This document shows positions 19,042-30,120 of a stretch of DNA of 52,172 bases, in pieces (position 1 is the stretch's first letter; each line of letters opens with the position of its first letter). The notes beneath the pieces were generated by a model. The model was not told where the DNA came from and did no database searches. It saw nothing but the letters and a program-made list of their open reading frames with translations. Where the stretch lies: the NCBI GenBank assembly GCA_038247415.1, contig JBBRUX010000027.1, forward strand, positions 1-52,172. Reading direction: 5' to 3'. The stretch is from Chitinivibrionales bacterium (GTDB taxonomy: Bacteria; Fibrobacterota; Chitinivibrionia; Chitinivibrionales; WJKA01). Both the position numbers and the translations under genes were made by a program.

Positions 19042-21288
19042 ATGATTTTTAAAGCAGGATCATCTCAAACTACGCGTGATCGAGGCATTCGTACTGGTAA
19101 ACAAATTGTTCCCTTTGTGTATGCCGGGATCTTAGTCGTAGCATGTGTTGCTATGTTTGCGCTCTGGTTTACCTTTCGCTTATACCAAACCCTTCCTACC
19201 GTCGATGAACTTATCAACATGAAGCAATCAATTGTTTCTCGGGTATTAGCTAAAGATGGCACTCTCATTCACGAATTCGGCATGGAACGCCGCATCTGGG
19301 TTCCATATAAAGATATTCCCCCAGAACTTGTTCAAGCAATAATATCCATCGAAGATCGACGCTTCTATAGCCATTGGGGCGTGGATCTTCGGAGAATATT
19401 TGGCGCTCTGGTCGTTGATGTTCTTCACCGGGGCTATGCGCAAGGAGCATCTACCTTAACACAACAATTAGCACGTAATGTGTATCTCACCTCCGAACAA
19501 TCGATAGTGAGAAAAATTAGGGAAATCATGACCTCGGTACAGATTGAATTTCACTATACAAAAGAAGAAATCCTTGAGCTCTACCTTAACCAAGTGTATT
19601 TGGGTAATGGCGGATATGGCATGGGCGTTGCCGCATCCCAATATTTTACCAAACCCGTGCGCACACTTACACTTAACGAATGCGCTACCCTTGCCGGCAT
19701 GATTCAATCTCCGGAGTATTACCGCCCCGACAAGAAAAAAAATATTGCCCGCATTACAGTCCGTCGCAATTCGGTAATCCACGCAATGCTTGCCATGCAT
19801 TATATAACAGCCAAGCAGGCCAAAGAAGTTCTTGCGATGGAAATTCCCAGTAACCCGGCCCAGGATATTTCCAAGGAAGCCCCCTATTTTATCGAACAAG
19901 TGCGCAAATACGTTATCCAGAAATACGGCGAAGACGAACTCTATACCAATGGACTTACCATATATTCTACGCTCGACCCCCTCGCACAGGATTCTGCAGA
20001 AATTTCGCTCGCTCGTCAAATGAAATTCATGCAGGCTCGCCTCAACAGGATGTTTACCTGGCAGCCAGAAATAAGAGCTGTTTTTGGGAAAATGCCCTTA
20101 GATTCCCTTAATGCTCATTTCGATTCACTCTATGTTCTTCACAAAGAAGCATTTGCACATTTGCCCGACACCGTCAAACACCGCATAGCGCAATCGGGTG
20201 TAATTGTCATGGATGTTCACACCGGAGCAATTAGAGCCCTTATTGGCGGAAGAGATTTTGAAGAGAGTAAATTCAATCGCATTTTTCAGGCAATGCGACA
20301 ACCTGGTTCTGCTTTCAAACCTATTGTTTACACAGCGGCTATTGATCATGGTTTTGCTCCGGCATCGGTTATTCTCGATCAGCCGGTAACCATAACAACA
20401 CCTCAGGGCGAATGGCGCCCTCAAAACTACGATGGCGAATTCAATGGTCCTGTTACCTTGCGCTTCGCCATAAAAAAATCTCTCAACCTCGCTGCCATTC
20501 AACTATTCTTGCAAGTGGGCGGAGATACCGTGGTTGACTATGCACGAAAGCTTGGCATCACAGCACCCATTATGGGAGTTCCCTCGCTGGCAATCGGATC
20601 GTGTGAAGTTAAGCCTATCGAATTAGTATGTGCATACGCTGCATTTCCCAATGGAGGCAGGGTGGTAGCGCCTTATTGTATCGAAAAAATCGTGGATCGT
20701 CATGGTAAAGTTCTCGAAAAAACTACACCATCAAGTACCGAGGCAATTTCTCCTCAAACAGCGTACATCATGTGTGACCTGATGACAGAAGTGGTGCGAC
20801 ATGGCACTGCAGCCTCCATTGCAGGCAGAGGGTTTACCCGGCCCGCTGGGGGCAAAACCGGCACCACCAACGAATATTCCGATGCGTGGTTTGTTGGGTA
20901 TACCCCGCAGCTTGTATGTGGTGTATGGGTTGGCGTTGACGACAGGTTATCGCTTGGTCGAGGAGTGACAGGGGGCGATGCGGCCTTGCCAATATGGGTT
21001 CCCACAATGATTGCAGCACATAAAAATTTACCCCTCGAAGACTTTAAAAATCCGGGCGGAGTCACACGTGTAGCAGTATGTCAAGTATCACACAAATTGG
21101 CAAATGCCTCGTGCCCTGCGGTGCGTCAAGATGTTTTTAAATCCGATCAACTACCAGAGTCTTGCGATATCCACGGCGCTCGCGGTGCGAGGGGTACGGG
21201 ATCACCAACAGATCGTTTCTTTGACAAATCGCCAAGTTCGACCAATGCGCCACCGTCAGGGAAACCTAAAAAGCGCTTAATGTTTTAA
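19042..21288 (+). CDS. mrcA: Penicillin-binding protein 1A (transglycosylase/transpeptidase)
   Basis: EDRRFYSHWG, GASTLTQQL, RKIRE, SAFK, SLN and KTGT motifs; GAAAGG RBS before ATG 19042. Confidence 0.9.
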   Translation: MIFKAGSSQTTRDRGIRTGKQIVPFVYAGILVVACVAMFALWFTFRLYQTLPTVDELINMKQSIVSRVLAKDGTLIHEFGMERRIWVPYKDIPPELVQAIISIEDRRFYSHWGVDLRRIFGALVVDVLHRGYAQGASTLTQQLARNVYLTSEQSIVRKIREIMTSVQIEFHYTKEEILELYLNQVYLGNGGYGMGVAASQYFTKPVRTLTLNECATLAGMIQSPEYYRPDKKKNIARITVRRNSVIHAMLAMHYITAKQAKEVLAMEIPSNPAQDISKEAPYFIEQVRKYVIQKYGEDELYTNGLTIYSTLDPLAQDSAEISLARQMKFMQARLNRMFTWQPEIRAVFGKMPLDSLNAHFDSLYVLHKEAFAHLPDTVKHRIAQSGVIVMDVHTGAIRALIGGRDFEESKFNRIFQAMRQPGSAFKPIVYTAAIDHGFAPASVILDQPVTITTPQGEWRPQNYDGEFNGPVTLRFAIKKSLNLAAIQLFLQVGGDTVVDYARKLGITAPIMGVPSLAIGSCEVKPIELVCAYAAFPNGGRVVAPYCIEKIVDRHGKVLEKTTPSSTEAISPQTAYIMCDLMTEVVRHGTAASIAGRGFTRPAGGKTGTTNEYSDAWFVGYTPQLVCGVWVGVDDRLSLGRGVTGGDAALPIWVPTMIAAHKNLPLEDFKNPGGVTRVAVCQVSHKLANASCPAVRQDVFKSDQLPESCDIHGARGARGTGSPTDRFFDKSPSSTNAPPSGKPKKRLMF

Positions 21289-21294
21289 TAGTGT

Positions 21295-21319
21295 ACATGC
21301 TGGTTCCAAACCAGCATGT
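21295..21319. terminator. Hairpin between convergent genes
   Basis: ACATGCTGGTT-cca-AACCAGCATGT, perfect 11-bp stem. Confidence 0.65.
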
Positions 21320-21336
21320 GCAAAGCTCTTTAAATC

Positions 21337-22974
21337 TTACCTCACTTTTATTCGCCGGCCCGCAATGTCAATAATAGCAACCGATTGCCCAACCGTTTTA
21401 ATATGCACGCATGATAACCCTCTTCTGCCTGAAAAAGACCCAAGGAGCATACGAGCTCTGTGTTGATAAAAGATAGCTCCATTGTGCACTGCTGTGTGCG
21501 GGCGCAGGGTACTTGTGCTCAAGGGAAATTTATCAAAGTGCAAAGCGCCAACACCATTTTTATTGGTAACCAAAGGATCGGCAAAACAGCCTTTGCCCGA
21601 ATCGGGAGATGGAAAGGCCAAACCTGTATACGAAATTGCTGTAAGCCCTGTTGTGGTACTGTCAAGTGTTAGAACTACGGCATTGTTAGTTACTGCCCCA
21701 GCCGTCACATGAGCATCCTTTCCTGTAAATACAAATGATTTTTCGGAACCTTGTTTCCAGGTGAGCTTATCCGTTGCATTTTTCATGACAAGCGTTATCT
21801 GTTTTGGCCCCGAAAAATAGGCGGTTTTAAGTGAAGGCGGTTCGATATCGGAAAGTGCCGGGGCCTTATAAAAATCGCGTGCTACAAGTCTAAAAATATC
21901 ATTGCCAAAAAATTCATAACCTCGCGTATACCCGTAATGACAAGGGTCGGTATGATCTGCCGCTGAAGTTGACATAATGCTCACCATTGGCGTAGTTTCT
22001 GCAATCTGGCGTTGCGCCTCCTTAATGGGCCCCATAGTCCCCATTTTTGCACACGCTGTATCGGGTGTGCTTTGAAACATATATACCCGGGTCAAGGCAG
22101 GATAATCAGCTTTCCATTCACCCAAGAGCGTGGCAAAAGTATTTTTATAGTCGGCAAGGGAAACTGCACCATAGCCCCCATTACCACCATCGGCCTCTCC
22201 TTGATTAAAGAGAATTGTTTTTATAAACGGCAAACATCCCGAATGCGTTACACGCCACTTCATATACGTACTGGACTCTCCGCCCGATAAAAGATCATCT
22301 TTGGTAAAATATGCGAGCGATTTATTTCCCTCTGCGCAATTTATAATCGCCACAGGAACTTTATAGGTGTCTATAATGAGTCTACCCATTTTGGCTTCCC
22401 ATTGCCCGATATGCCCAGGATATCCTTCCCCGCTATCGGCATTAGCCAATCGCCACAGTGTATCGGTATTTCTTATATGCGTTAACCCAAAGGTTCGTAA
22501 ATATACGCTTTCATTTGAAGCAGCGCTGCTGCCACTTGCCGATGCAACCGCATTAGATTGTCCTGTTACCAAAAACAGATCGCCACACACCACCGAATCT
22601 GCAGAGGCGATAACAGTTTTGTTTTGCCCATTAATCCCTAAAATTTCGACTTTATACAATGCGCATTCGGCTTTAATGACTATCGTGGATGTAAATGCAC
22701 CATTGGTTCCAAGAATAATAGTCTTTTCACTTTGAGCAACTCCGTTGCGCATCACTCTATACAATAGTGATGCATATCCCGAAGCACTGCCCGTCAGTGT
22801 GATAATGCCAGTATCAGCATTCGCAGCGCGGGGGATGAAACCAAGGTTAGGCACAAACCGGGTAATCGTTACTGCAGCATGCAACGACTGTGGGACGATA
22901 AGCGTACCCGCAAAGATACTGCAGTAAGCTATCAAACTAAAACGTGTGCGCCAATTGATTTTAGATTGAATCAT
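21337..22974 (-). CDS. Secreted SGNH carbohydrate esterase (sialate O-acetylesterase/SASA-like) with a C-terminal sorting-like tail
   Basis: Signal peptide; GDLFLVTGQSNA, QGEAD and DPCH motifs; C-terminus IIDIAGRRIKVR. Confidence 0.75.
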   Translation of the reverse strand: MIQSKINWRTRFSLIAYCSIFAGTLIVPQSLHAAVTITRFVPNLGFIPRAANADTGIITLTGSASGYASLLYRVMRNGVAQSEKTIILGTNGAFTSTIVIKAECALYKVEILGINGQNKTVIASADSVVCGDLFLVTGQSNAVASASGSSAASNESVYLRTFGLTHIRNTDTLWRLANADSGEGYPGHIGQWEAKMGRLIIDTYKVPVAIINCAEGNKSLAYFTKDDLLSGGESSTYMKWRVTHSGCLPFIKTILFNQGEADGGNGGYGAVSLADYKNTFATLLGEWKADYPALTRVYMFQSTPDTACAKMGTMGPIKEAQRQIAETTPMVSIMSTSAADHTDPCHYGYTRGYEFFGNDIFRLVARDFYKAPALSDIEPPSLKTAYFSGPKQITLVMKNATDKLTWKQGSEKSFVFTGKDAHVTAGAVTNNAVVLTLDSTTTGLTAISYTGLAFPSPDSGKGCFADPLVTNKNGVGALHFDKFPLSTSTLRPHTAVHNGAIFYQHRARMLLGSFSGRRGLSCVHIKTVGQSVAIIDIAGRRIKVR

Positions 22975-23045
22975 TTTTTTACCTTGCTCTCCGTGTTATA
23001 TCTGTTCTCTGTAGCAATATACAGAGAAAATAGTAAGTTAACACA

Positions 23046-23093
23046 AAAAAGAAAGGCCGGGGGTAACTGTTCGAGGAAAAACACTACCCCGGG
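23046..23093 (-). terminator. Rho-independent terminator after the efflux/nitroreductase operon
   Basis: On the minus strand, CCGGGGTA...TACCCCCGG imperfect stem followed by CCTTTCTTTTTT. Confidence 0.55.
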
Positions 23094-23101
23094 TTAGATA
23101 C

Positions 23102-23947
23102 TTATGAAGATGCCCGCCATGTAGCAATGTAGTGTAAATCGGCAAGGGGTGGAGGATTTTGTTCGACGGTAATTCTACCAGATTGCCCAAGTTCCATAGC
23201 AACTGCAGCAAAATGATACAAAGAAATACCCATATCGATATTTTGGATTTTAATATCGCGCAACATCGAATTGTATGCCTTATTTTCGGCAAAATAAAAA
23301 TGAAAAATAGGCTTTTGACCTTCTCGAAGAATCCGCCACGGCTGCTTGTTGGATGCCGAGGGTGCTACCCGCACCGCATTGAGCGGCTTAAAAAATGTGT
23401 CTGATTCTGTTAATTGATACGGTGTTGCAATCGAGTCGTTAAAAAAGAGTTTTTCTGGTAGAATTCGCTTTTTTGAACCAATTGCGAACCGAACAATTGT
23501 TTCGCGTAGTGTTGGTGTTTGATGTGCAAACCCAACAGGAGTGATGCACGGAACAATTTCTTTTTCTTTAAGAGCAAGCTTATCACCAAAAGCCGATCGA
23601 GTAAACGTTCCGCCAAGCCAACAGGTACCAAAACCATTTTGCGTGAGCTGCAAAAAGATCTTTTCGAAGCAATAACCAAAATCTTCAAATGCATAAGATC
23701 CTGGTGTAATTACAGCTCCAATGTATGCTTGGGCTCCTTGAATCATCCCATAGGTACCAAGTTTTTTAAGGGATGATTGTTCTAATTCCGAGAGTGAAAT
23801 AAGCTCAAAGCGAGGTTTATTCCCAAATGGACCTGGCTCGCTCTCACGCAACAGCGAAACAATACCAGAGCGCTCACTCTCTGAAAGATGAGCCCTCGTA
23901 TACGATCGAACCGAACTGCGCGTCAAGCATGCTTCATAAAGAGTCAT
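23102..23947 (-). CDS. Nitroreductase family protein (two-domain, TM1586-like)
   Basis: RSSVRSY, GTYGMIQGA, GFGTCWLGGTF, APSASNKQPW and IDMGI motifs; ATG 23947 overlaps the RND stop. Confidence 0.85.
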   Translation of the reverse strand: MTLYEACLTRSSVRSYTRAHLSESERSGIVSLLRESEPGPFGNKPRFELISLSELEQSSLKKLGTYGMIQGAQAYIGAVITPGSYAFEDFGYCFEKIFLQLTQNGFGTCWLGGTFTRSAFGDKLALKEKEIVPCITPVGFAHQTPTLRETIVRFAIGSKKRILPEKLFFNDSIATPYQLTESDTFFKPLNAVRVAPSASNKQPWRILREGQKPIFHFYFAENKAYNSMLRDIKIQNIDMGISLYHFAAVAMELGQSGRITVEQNPPPLADLHYIATWRASS

Positions 23948-26900
23948 GTTTCTGTGCAATCCGTTCTGCTTTACGAACCCTACGTTTTTCCTTGAAATTC
24001 TCCCATGCAAAATAAAACGTAGGAGTTACAATCAGCACAAGAATAGTATTAAAGAATAAACCCCAAAAAATTGCCCATGCCATGGGTGCCCACATGAGTG
24101 TTGTTTCCGATTTAGTAACAATGGACAATTCAAAGAAATTAAATCCTACACCTGTAGCCATAGGAAGCAGACCGATCATTGCCGTTACCGCCGTTAAGAG
24201 TACCGGTCGTAAACGGGTTGCGCCACCTTCTATTACCGCATCGCGCAAGGTATGGCCATCTTTGCGAAGCTTATTCATAAAATCAATGAGAACAATACCA
24301 TTTTTTGCAACCACACCCGCAAGAGCAATAATCCCAATGCCGCTCATAAGTACAGAGAATGTTACATCCCGCAATTCAATATGACCACCAGTCCCAATCC
24401 CCACAATCGCATTGAATTTATTAACAATGAGTAATCCCCAAAATACCCCTCCAACCGACAGCATAACGCCTATAAGAATCAGTAATGGCTGAAAAAGCGA
24501 ATTGAATTGAAATACCATTGTGAGAAATACAAGGCTCATTGCTATAAAGAATGCCTTCATGAGAAATGCCTGAGAATCTGCCTGGCTTCTGTTTCCCGAT
24601 CCCGGCAAAATAGTATAGCCAGGCGGAGGTTTCAGTTTCTTGACAGCTGCCACTGCTGCAGCCTTTGGAGTTCGCTCATCTTTTTGTCCGGGAGCCAACT
24701 CAGCAAATACTTGCACGGTCCTTTTTCCGTCAACATGTCTGATTGACGCAATATTTGCTCCCTGGCTAATAACAGCAACGCTTTGTAAGGGAGCCTCGTT
24801 GCCTTCTTTAGAAACGGTTATCTCATTAAGTCTGCTAATATTCTCACGAATTTCGGGCGCGAGCCGTACCATAATCTGATACTCGTTTTTACCAATGCGA
24901 TACTTGGCAGCTTCTGTACCATATATTGCTCCGCGCACAGCCCCGGCAACATCCATAGTAGAAAGCCCAAACCGTTTTGCCTGTTCGCGATCTACATCGA
25001 TACGCAATTCTGGCCTGACAGGATCGTAGTCGTGCTTGATATTGGCAAGTCCAGGAATTTTCTCAAGCATGTTTTTAATGCTATCTGCCATCCAGCTCAG
25101 TTGCGCATAATCATCGCCACTAATCTCAAGCTCAACAGGTTTTCCGGTAGGTGGTCCGTCCTGCTGTTTAATAATACGAAGTTTCCAGCCTGGAACAAGC
25201 CCCGGCAAAGTATCTGCAAGCCAAGCCATTGTTTTATCCGACCGCACTTCTCGTTCTTCGTAATCTTTAAATACAATGTCAAGATATCCTTTGTTGCTTT
25301 CGGTAGATCCTCCGCTAGAGGCTTCTCCTTTTCCCGATCCGACAACCGTGTTGATGGATTTTATCGATGCAATTTCAGGTCTCATGTTAAGCAAAATCTT
25401 TTCGGGGATTTTAAGCGCCGAATCAGTGTAACTGATTTCTTGACTTAAAGGACCTTCAATTTCTACCGAAGCTACTTCAGGTTCGGTAATGGGGAAAAAT
25501 ACTACTCCTGGGCCAAATTTACCATATGCCATAATTCCACTAACAACAAATACGATGCAAAAAAGTGCAAGAAAAACAGGATGACGCAAAGCCCTGTTAA
25601 GAACACGTCGGTACCACTGTTTAAAATTATTAAACCAGCCCTCCAATTCTTTGCCCTCAAGCTTGTGTGCATCTTTATTGTTCATGGTTAATGCAGCAAA
25701 TACCGGATTAAATACAAATGCAACAAAGAGAGAACTCGAAAGTGTTATGCCAACAGTAAGGGGGAGATATTTAATAAAATTTCCCATGATACCAGGCATC
25801 CAAAAAACCGGGGCAAATGCTGCTACCGTTGTAACCGTTGCGGTAAATACCGGCACCATAACTTCCCTGGTTCCGTCGAGTGCGGCTTGCATTCTGTTTT
25901 TGCCCATTTGCAAATGACGATAGATATTTTCTACCACCACGATACCATCGTCTACAAGCATACCAAGCACCATAACAAGAGAGAAGAGCACCACCATATT
26001 AAGCGTAATGCCCAAATAGCTTAAAACAATTGCTCCCATTGCCATTGAAAATGGAATTGCTGTAGAAATAAAAATCGAATTGCGAACACCCAGAAAAAAC
26101 GAAAGCACCAGAAGCACGAGTAAAATCCCCATGATAATATGATTCTCAAGCTCTGTTACCATGTTGTTAATATTACGAGACATATCATAGGTAACTTCAT
26201 AGTGTGTTCCTGCTGGCCAGGTTGCCGATTCGGCCGCAAGAACCTTTTTCACATTATCTGCAATGCGGACAATATCCTCCCCCGTACGTTTTGCGACCGA
26301 AAGAGTTAATGATGGTTTTCCGTTTGTTCGTGACAACGATGAAATATCGCGAGTATAGGTAAAATTTACCGTTGCAACATCGCGCACCCTAATGAGCTTT
26401 CCATTTTCGGAACGGACAATAAGATCATTAAAATCGTTAGGATTCTGCAATTCTCCCGTTACTTTAATAGAAAACCGATATCCCGATGCATTAATCGTTC
26501 CACCCGGAATATTTTTGTGTTGCGTTTGTATAGCAGTCACAATATCATGGAGCGTCAAATCATATTGCCGTAAAAGCGCAGGATCTGCATCAACTGCAAT
26601 CTCTTTTTCTTGTTTGCCGGTGATTTTAGCTTCTAAAACACCGGGTATTTTGGCCATGTGATCCTTGAGATTGTCACCTACGGTTTCTAATCGCTCAATA
26701 TCGTAATCGGCATACAATGCAACATTTATAATAGGTATAGAGGAAAAGTTGAGCTCTTGGGTGATAGGATCTTTAGCATCGGCAGGCATGTCGGCCTTGG
26801 ATTGATCGACCTTATCCTTTACACGTCGGAGTGCATCTTCTACCCGTACCGAAGGATCGAATTCCAAAAAGATATTGGAGACGCTTTCGTTGCTCGAAGA

Positions 26901-27140
26901 TGTCATTTGCGTGACACCGTCAAGACCATCGAGCTTATCTTCTATTTTCTGGGTAATCAGATTTTCGATTTCCGGAGGGTTTGCTCCGGGATACACGGTC
27001 GTCACAAAAATATATGGTATCTTGATTTCTGGAAACGACTCTTTGCGCATTGTCAAAAAACTTGTTAACCCGGTCACAAACAAAATGGCAGCAAGCACCA
27101 GAACCGATACCGGATTTTTTAAAGCGATCTTTGTCATCAT
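23934..27140 (-). CDS. RND efflux transporter permease (AcrB/AcrD/AcrF family)
   Basis: YPGANP.EIE..IT..IE, GMLVDDGIVVVENI, KNGIVLID and RLRPVLLT motifs; proton-relay residues intact. Confidence 0.95.
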   Translation of the reverse strand: MMTKIALKNPVSVLVLAAILFVTGLTSFLTMRKESFPEIKIPYIFVTTVYPGANPPEIENLITQKIEDKLDGLDGVTQMTSSSNESVSNIFLEFDPSVRVEDALRRVKDKVDQSKADMPADAKDPITQELNFSSIPIINVALYADYDIERLETVGDNLKDHMAKIPGVLEAKITGKQEKEIAVDADPALLRQYDLTLHDIVTAIQTQHKNIPGGTINASGYRFSIKVTGELQNPNDFNDLIVRSENGKLIRVRDVATVNFTYTRDISSLSRTNGKPSLTLSVAKRTGEDIVRIADNVKKVLAAESATWPAGTHYEVTYDMSRNINNMVTELENHIIMGILLVLLVLSFFLGVRNSIFISTAIPFSMAMGAIVLSYLGITLNMVVLFSLVMVLGMLVDDGIVVVENIYRHLQMGKNRMQAALDGTREVMVPVFTATVTTVAAFAPVFWMPGIMGNFIKYLPLTVGITLSSSLFVAFVFNPVFAALTMNNKDAHKLEGKELEGWFNNFKQWYRRVLNRALRHPVFLALFCIVFVVSGIMAYGKFGPGVVFFPITEPEVASVEIEGPLSQEISYTDSALKIPEKILLNMRPEIASIKSINTVVGSGKGEASSGGSTESNKGYLDIVFKDYEEREVRSDKTMAWLADTLPGLVPGWKLRIIKQQDGPPTGKPVELEISGDDYAQLSWMADSIKNMLEKIPGLANIKHDYDPVRPELRIDVDREQAKRFGLSTMDVAGAVRGAIYGTEAAKYRIGKNEYQIMVRLAPEIRENISRLNEITVSKEGNEAPLQSVAVISQGANIASIRHVDGKRTVQVFAELAPGQKDERTPKAAAVAAVKKLKPPPGYTILPGSGNRSQADSQAFLMKAFFIAMSLVFLTMVFQFNSLFQPLLILIGVMLSVGGVFWGLLIVNKFNAIVGIGTGGHIELRDVTFSVLMSGIGIIALAGVVAKNGIVLIDFMNKLRKDGHTLRDAVIEGGATRLRPVLLTAVTAMIGLLPMATGVGFNFFELSIVTKSETTLMWAPMAWAIFWGLFFNTILVLIVTPTFYFAWENFKEKRRVRKAERIAQKHDSL

Positions 27141-27186
27141 AAAAGAGAACTCCCTAGATTATGCTTCCCTGCGAACTTTCACAGGT

Positions 27187-28242
27187 TCAATACGTAACTT
27201 TTGTACCTTCGCTCACCTGAAATGCGCCTACCGTGACAAGCTTATCATTGGCATTAAGCCCGCTTAAAATGAGCGAACTGTCTGTTGTCGTTGCACCTAC
27301 CACTACTGACCGTTGATGCGCTACCCCGTTTTCAACCACCATTGCAAAAACGCCCGTTTGCATACGCATGAGTGCGTTAGACGGAACAACAATCCCGCTC
27401 GCGTAGGTTTTGCGCAAAATCTGCACCCGTCCAACCATTCCTGGTTTAAGGGCTCCATTGCTATTATTGACTATAATCCGAGCCGAAACAGTGCGAGAAC
27501 GTGTATCAACAGCACGATCGAGACTTGCCAATGTTCCTTTATACAGTTTGTTCTGGTTCTGTAAAAGAGAAAAGTGTGTTTCCATGCCTTCTTTATACGA
27601 AAATGCTTCCGATTCTGGCAAAGCAATAGTTGCTTCGAGTTTGTCAATACGCGAGAGCCGCACTGTTGGCATCCCAGGAGCCACGGTGTTATACCGATTG
27701 ATCGACTTGCTTACCAGAATACCATCAAACGGGGCTTCGCAACGGCAATCCTGGTACGCACGATTTGTAGATTCATATCCCATGCGGGCGTTCTGGTACC
27801 CTAAATTGGTTGCGTCAAGCACCGATCTCCCCAGTGATCCTTTTTCGACATTCGCCTTGGCACGTTCCATTTCCCCCGAAGCAACAGCAACACTAGCCAG
27901 GGCTGCTTGCAGGGCTGCTTCATATTTGCTGCTATCGATATCACAGAGTGCAGATCCTGCTTTTACATATGTTCCAATCGCCTTAACAGAGCCAACGCGA
28001 CCACCTTGATAGGGCGCTGTTAGGTAAGCATCTTCCACACCGCGTAAATCGGCCGAATAGCTACCCCAATCTTCAAATGATGATTGTACAACTGCACTCA
28101 CAACAACTTTAACGGCTGTTGAATCTGCAGACTTTGTGCCCTTGATAGTTGCTTTTTGGGTTTTGCTTTCGCATCCACCACCAAGCATTGCAAGGCAGCA
28201 GGCGGCACCTACAATACTTAACGAAACACGACGCTTGCTCAT
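27187..28242 (-). CDS. RND efflux periplasmic adaptor (membrane fusion lipoprotein)
   Basis: Lipobox LGGGC; APFDG, LKPGM and GL...DKLV motifs. Confidence 0.9.
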   Translation of the reverse strand: MSKRRVSLSIVGAACCLAMLGGGCESKTQKATIKGTKSADSTAVKVVVSAVVQSSFEDWGSYSADLRGVEDAYLTAPYQGGRVGSVKAIGTYVKAGSALCDIDSSKYEAALQAALASVAVASGEMERAKANVEKGSLGRSVLDATNLGYQNARMGYESTNRAYQDCRCEAPFDGILVSKSINRYNTVAPGMPTVRLSRIDKLEATIALPESEAFSYKEGMETHFSLLQNQNKLYKGTLASLDRAVDTRSRTVSARIIVNNSNGALKPGMVGRVQILRKTYASGIVVPSNALMRMQTGVFAMVVENGVAHQRSVVVGATTTDSSLILSGLNANDKLVTVGAFQVSEGTKVTY

Positions 28243-29555
28243 TTTCCCTCCACGTTAACGATATCGTTTCCACACGCAACAAGAACCGCAGCTCTGCTTT
28301 TGAGCAGTCGGTAGCGCGCATTTACTATTCCTAATTCAGCTTGACGCAATCGATCCTCTGCCAGCTGTAAATCCGAAAACTGACCACTACCCATTTTAAA
28401 CGTTTCATTCGTAAGATCATAGCTTTCCTTGGCTGCTGCAAGCATCTGTTCGGATGCTACCATATTTGTGTCTGCAGCAGAGCATTCTGCAAGATCTGAT
28501 ACTACTTCAATTTCAATCATTTTAGCAACAGTCTTGCGAGCAACGATAAGTCTATCGGCATCGGAGAGGTACTGCTTTGATCTCGCACTATTTGCAAATC
28601 CGTCAAAGATGGTCCACGACATTCCTACTCCCAAAGACCAGCTAAATTTATCTTTAAGAAATAGCGAATCAACTTTGTTGCCGTTAAATCCAGCTGAACC
28701 GTTTGCGCCAATAGTTGGATAATACATTGCCTGAAAAATTTTTGCTCCACCGCGGGTTGCTTTTTCGATATAATCAAGTGATCTATAATCTCCCCGTTTT
28801 GACAACGCCATCGACACCGCTTCTTCGGAGTTTGGGATGCGCAACGTAACTAAAAAGGGCAGTATAGAATTGGTATCGGGATCAATACTATCGGTTAGAG
28901 GTCTGCCTATCTGAGAGCAAAACATCATGCGTGCCGATTTAGCTCTTTGACGAGCGGTAATAATCTCGGTTGTTCCAGAAATTATATCTGCCTGAGTCAT
29001 GAGCAGTTGAGCTTTTGCCCCACTGCCAAGTTTAAAGTTTCTATCCAAAAATTCGGAAAGTTCCTTTTTGCGCTCAATAGAACGTTCAGAAACCGATACA
29101 CTCATATCTGCCAGTACAACACCAAAAAAGGCATCCACCCCAGACATCTGCAACTGCTGAAGCGATCGCCCATAACTGCTATGGGTGGAACTGTCAAATT
29201 GAGTAGCAACCTTAACGGCTGTTCCCACTTTTCCAAAAGTAAATATCGGCTGGTTAAACGATGCTGAGGTACCATATGAATGCTTAATCATCGGCTTAAA
29301 CATGCCCTCTGCGGACGATACTCTTGCCTGACCCAGCGCGCCAGAAAGCGATACAACAGGAAGTGCGTTAGCCCATTTTTCGCGCACAATCTCATTCGAC
29401 TTTTTCATAGTCTGCTTCATCATGGCTATCGAATCGCTTTTGCTACACACTTCGCGAATGGTTTGCTCAAGCGTTATGGTCTCTGCGCACAGAGCAGAAG
29501 AAATTCCAGCACTACAGATACACGAATACACTATCGATCTAAAAACAAGCCGCAT
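28239..29555 (-). CDS. TolC family outer-membrane efflux protein
   Basis: Signal peptide, repeated OEP halves (LP.VSL; YYPTI...WTIFDGF), adjacent to the adaptor and RND genes. Confidence 0.88.
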   Translation of the reverse strand: MRLVFRSIVYSCICSAGISSALCAETITLEQTIREVCSKSDSIAMMKQTMKKSNEIVREKWANALPVVSLSGALGQARVSSAEGMFKPMIKHSYGTSASFNQPIFTFGKVGTAVKVATQFDSSTHSSYGRSLQQLQMSGVDAFFGVVLADMSVSVSERSIERKKELSEFLDRNFKLGSGAKAQLLMTQADIISGTTEIITARQRAKSARMMFCSQIGRPLTDSIDPDTNSILPFLVTLRIPNSEEAVSMALSKRGDYRSLDYIEKATRGGAKIFQAMYYPTIGANGSAGFNGNKVDSLFLKDKFSWSLGVGMSWTIFDGFANSARSKQYLSDADRLIVARKTVAKMIEIEVVSDLAECSAADTNMVASEQMLAAAKESYDLTNETFKMGSGQFSDLQLAEDRLRQAELGIVNARYRLLKSRAAVLVACGNDIVNVEGK

Positions 29556-29652
29556 GTAAATCTCTCCTCAAAAATAAATAGAAACGCTTTTATCGCCGTG
29601 GGGCCGCAAGCTCTTGTCTATCCTCTATAATCGTTACACCTTTTAATTTTCA

Positions 29653-30075
29653 TCAAGCACAATACACCCGCACAACATCGCCGTTTGCGCAATTAACATT
29701 CACTTCCATCTCCGACAAATTATTCACTAAATCTTCTATATTTTCGGGCTTGATGTTATTCATGTCAAACGTTATCCCTTTTTCGCCCATATGTTTATGT
29801 ATATGATCGAGCACATACGGAGGAATAAGCGATGTAAGCCGAATCCCCGCGCGCATGAGCCCCAAAGGAATACGAACATCGACGTTATCGCTTTTTGCGC
29901 TTGTGACCTTGACATACATGAATTTTGCCTGGGTTTTTGAGCTTGCTGGTGATATAGTTCCAAACGTTGCGCTCTGCGATGATGGCGAAAGAGCTTCGAG
30001 AAGCTGCATGGCATCGGAGACGGATATTTTTCCTGTTGCCAAGAGATTGAGAATACGTTCGCGATCGTTTGACAT
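29653..30075 (-). CDS. SHOCT-like domain protein (DUF2089-associated)
   Basis: N-terminal RERILNLLATGKISVSDAMQLLEAL; VDVRIPL and GDVVRVY motifs; AGGTGA RBS. Confidence 0.75.
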   Translation of the reverse strand: MSNDRERILNLLATGKISVSDAMQLLEALSPSSQSATFGTISPASSKTQAKFMYVKVTSAKSDNVDVRIPLGLMRAGIRLTSLIPPYVLDHIHKHMGEKGITFDMNNIKPENIEDLVNNLSEMEVNVNCANGDVVRVYCA

Positions 30076-30120
30076 ATTCACCTCACCTGATAAACTCTTC
30101 TTTGATTTACACCACATAGG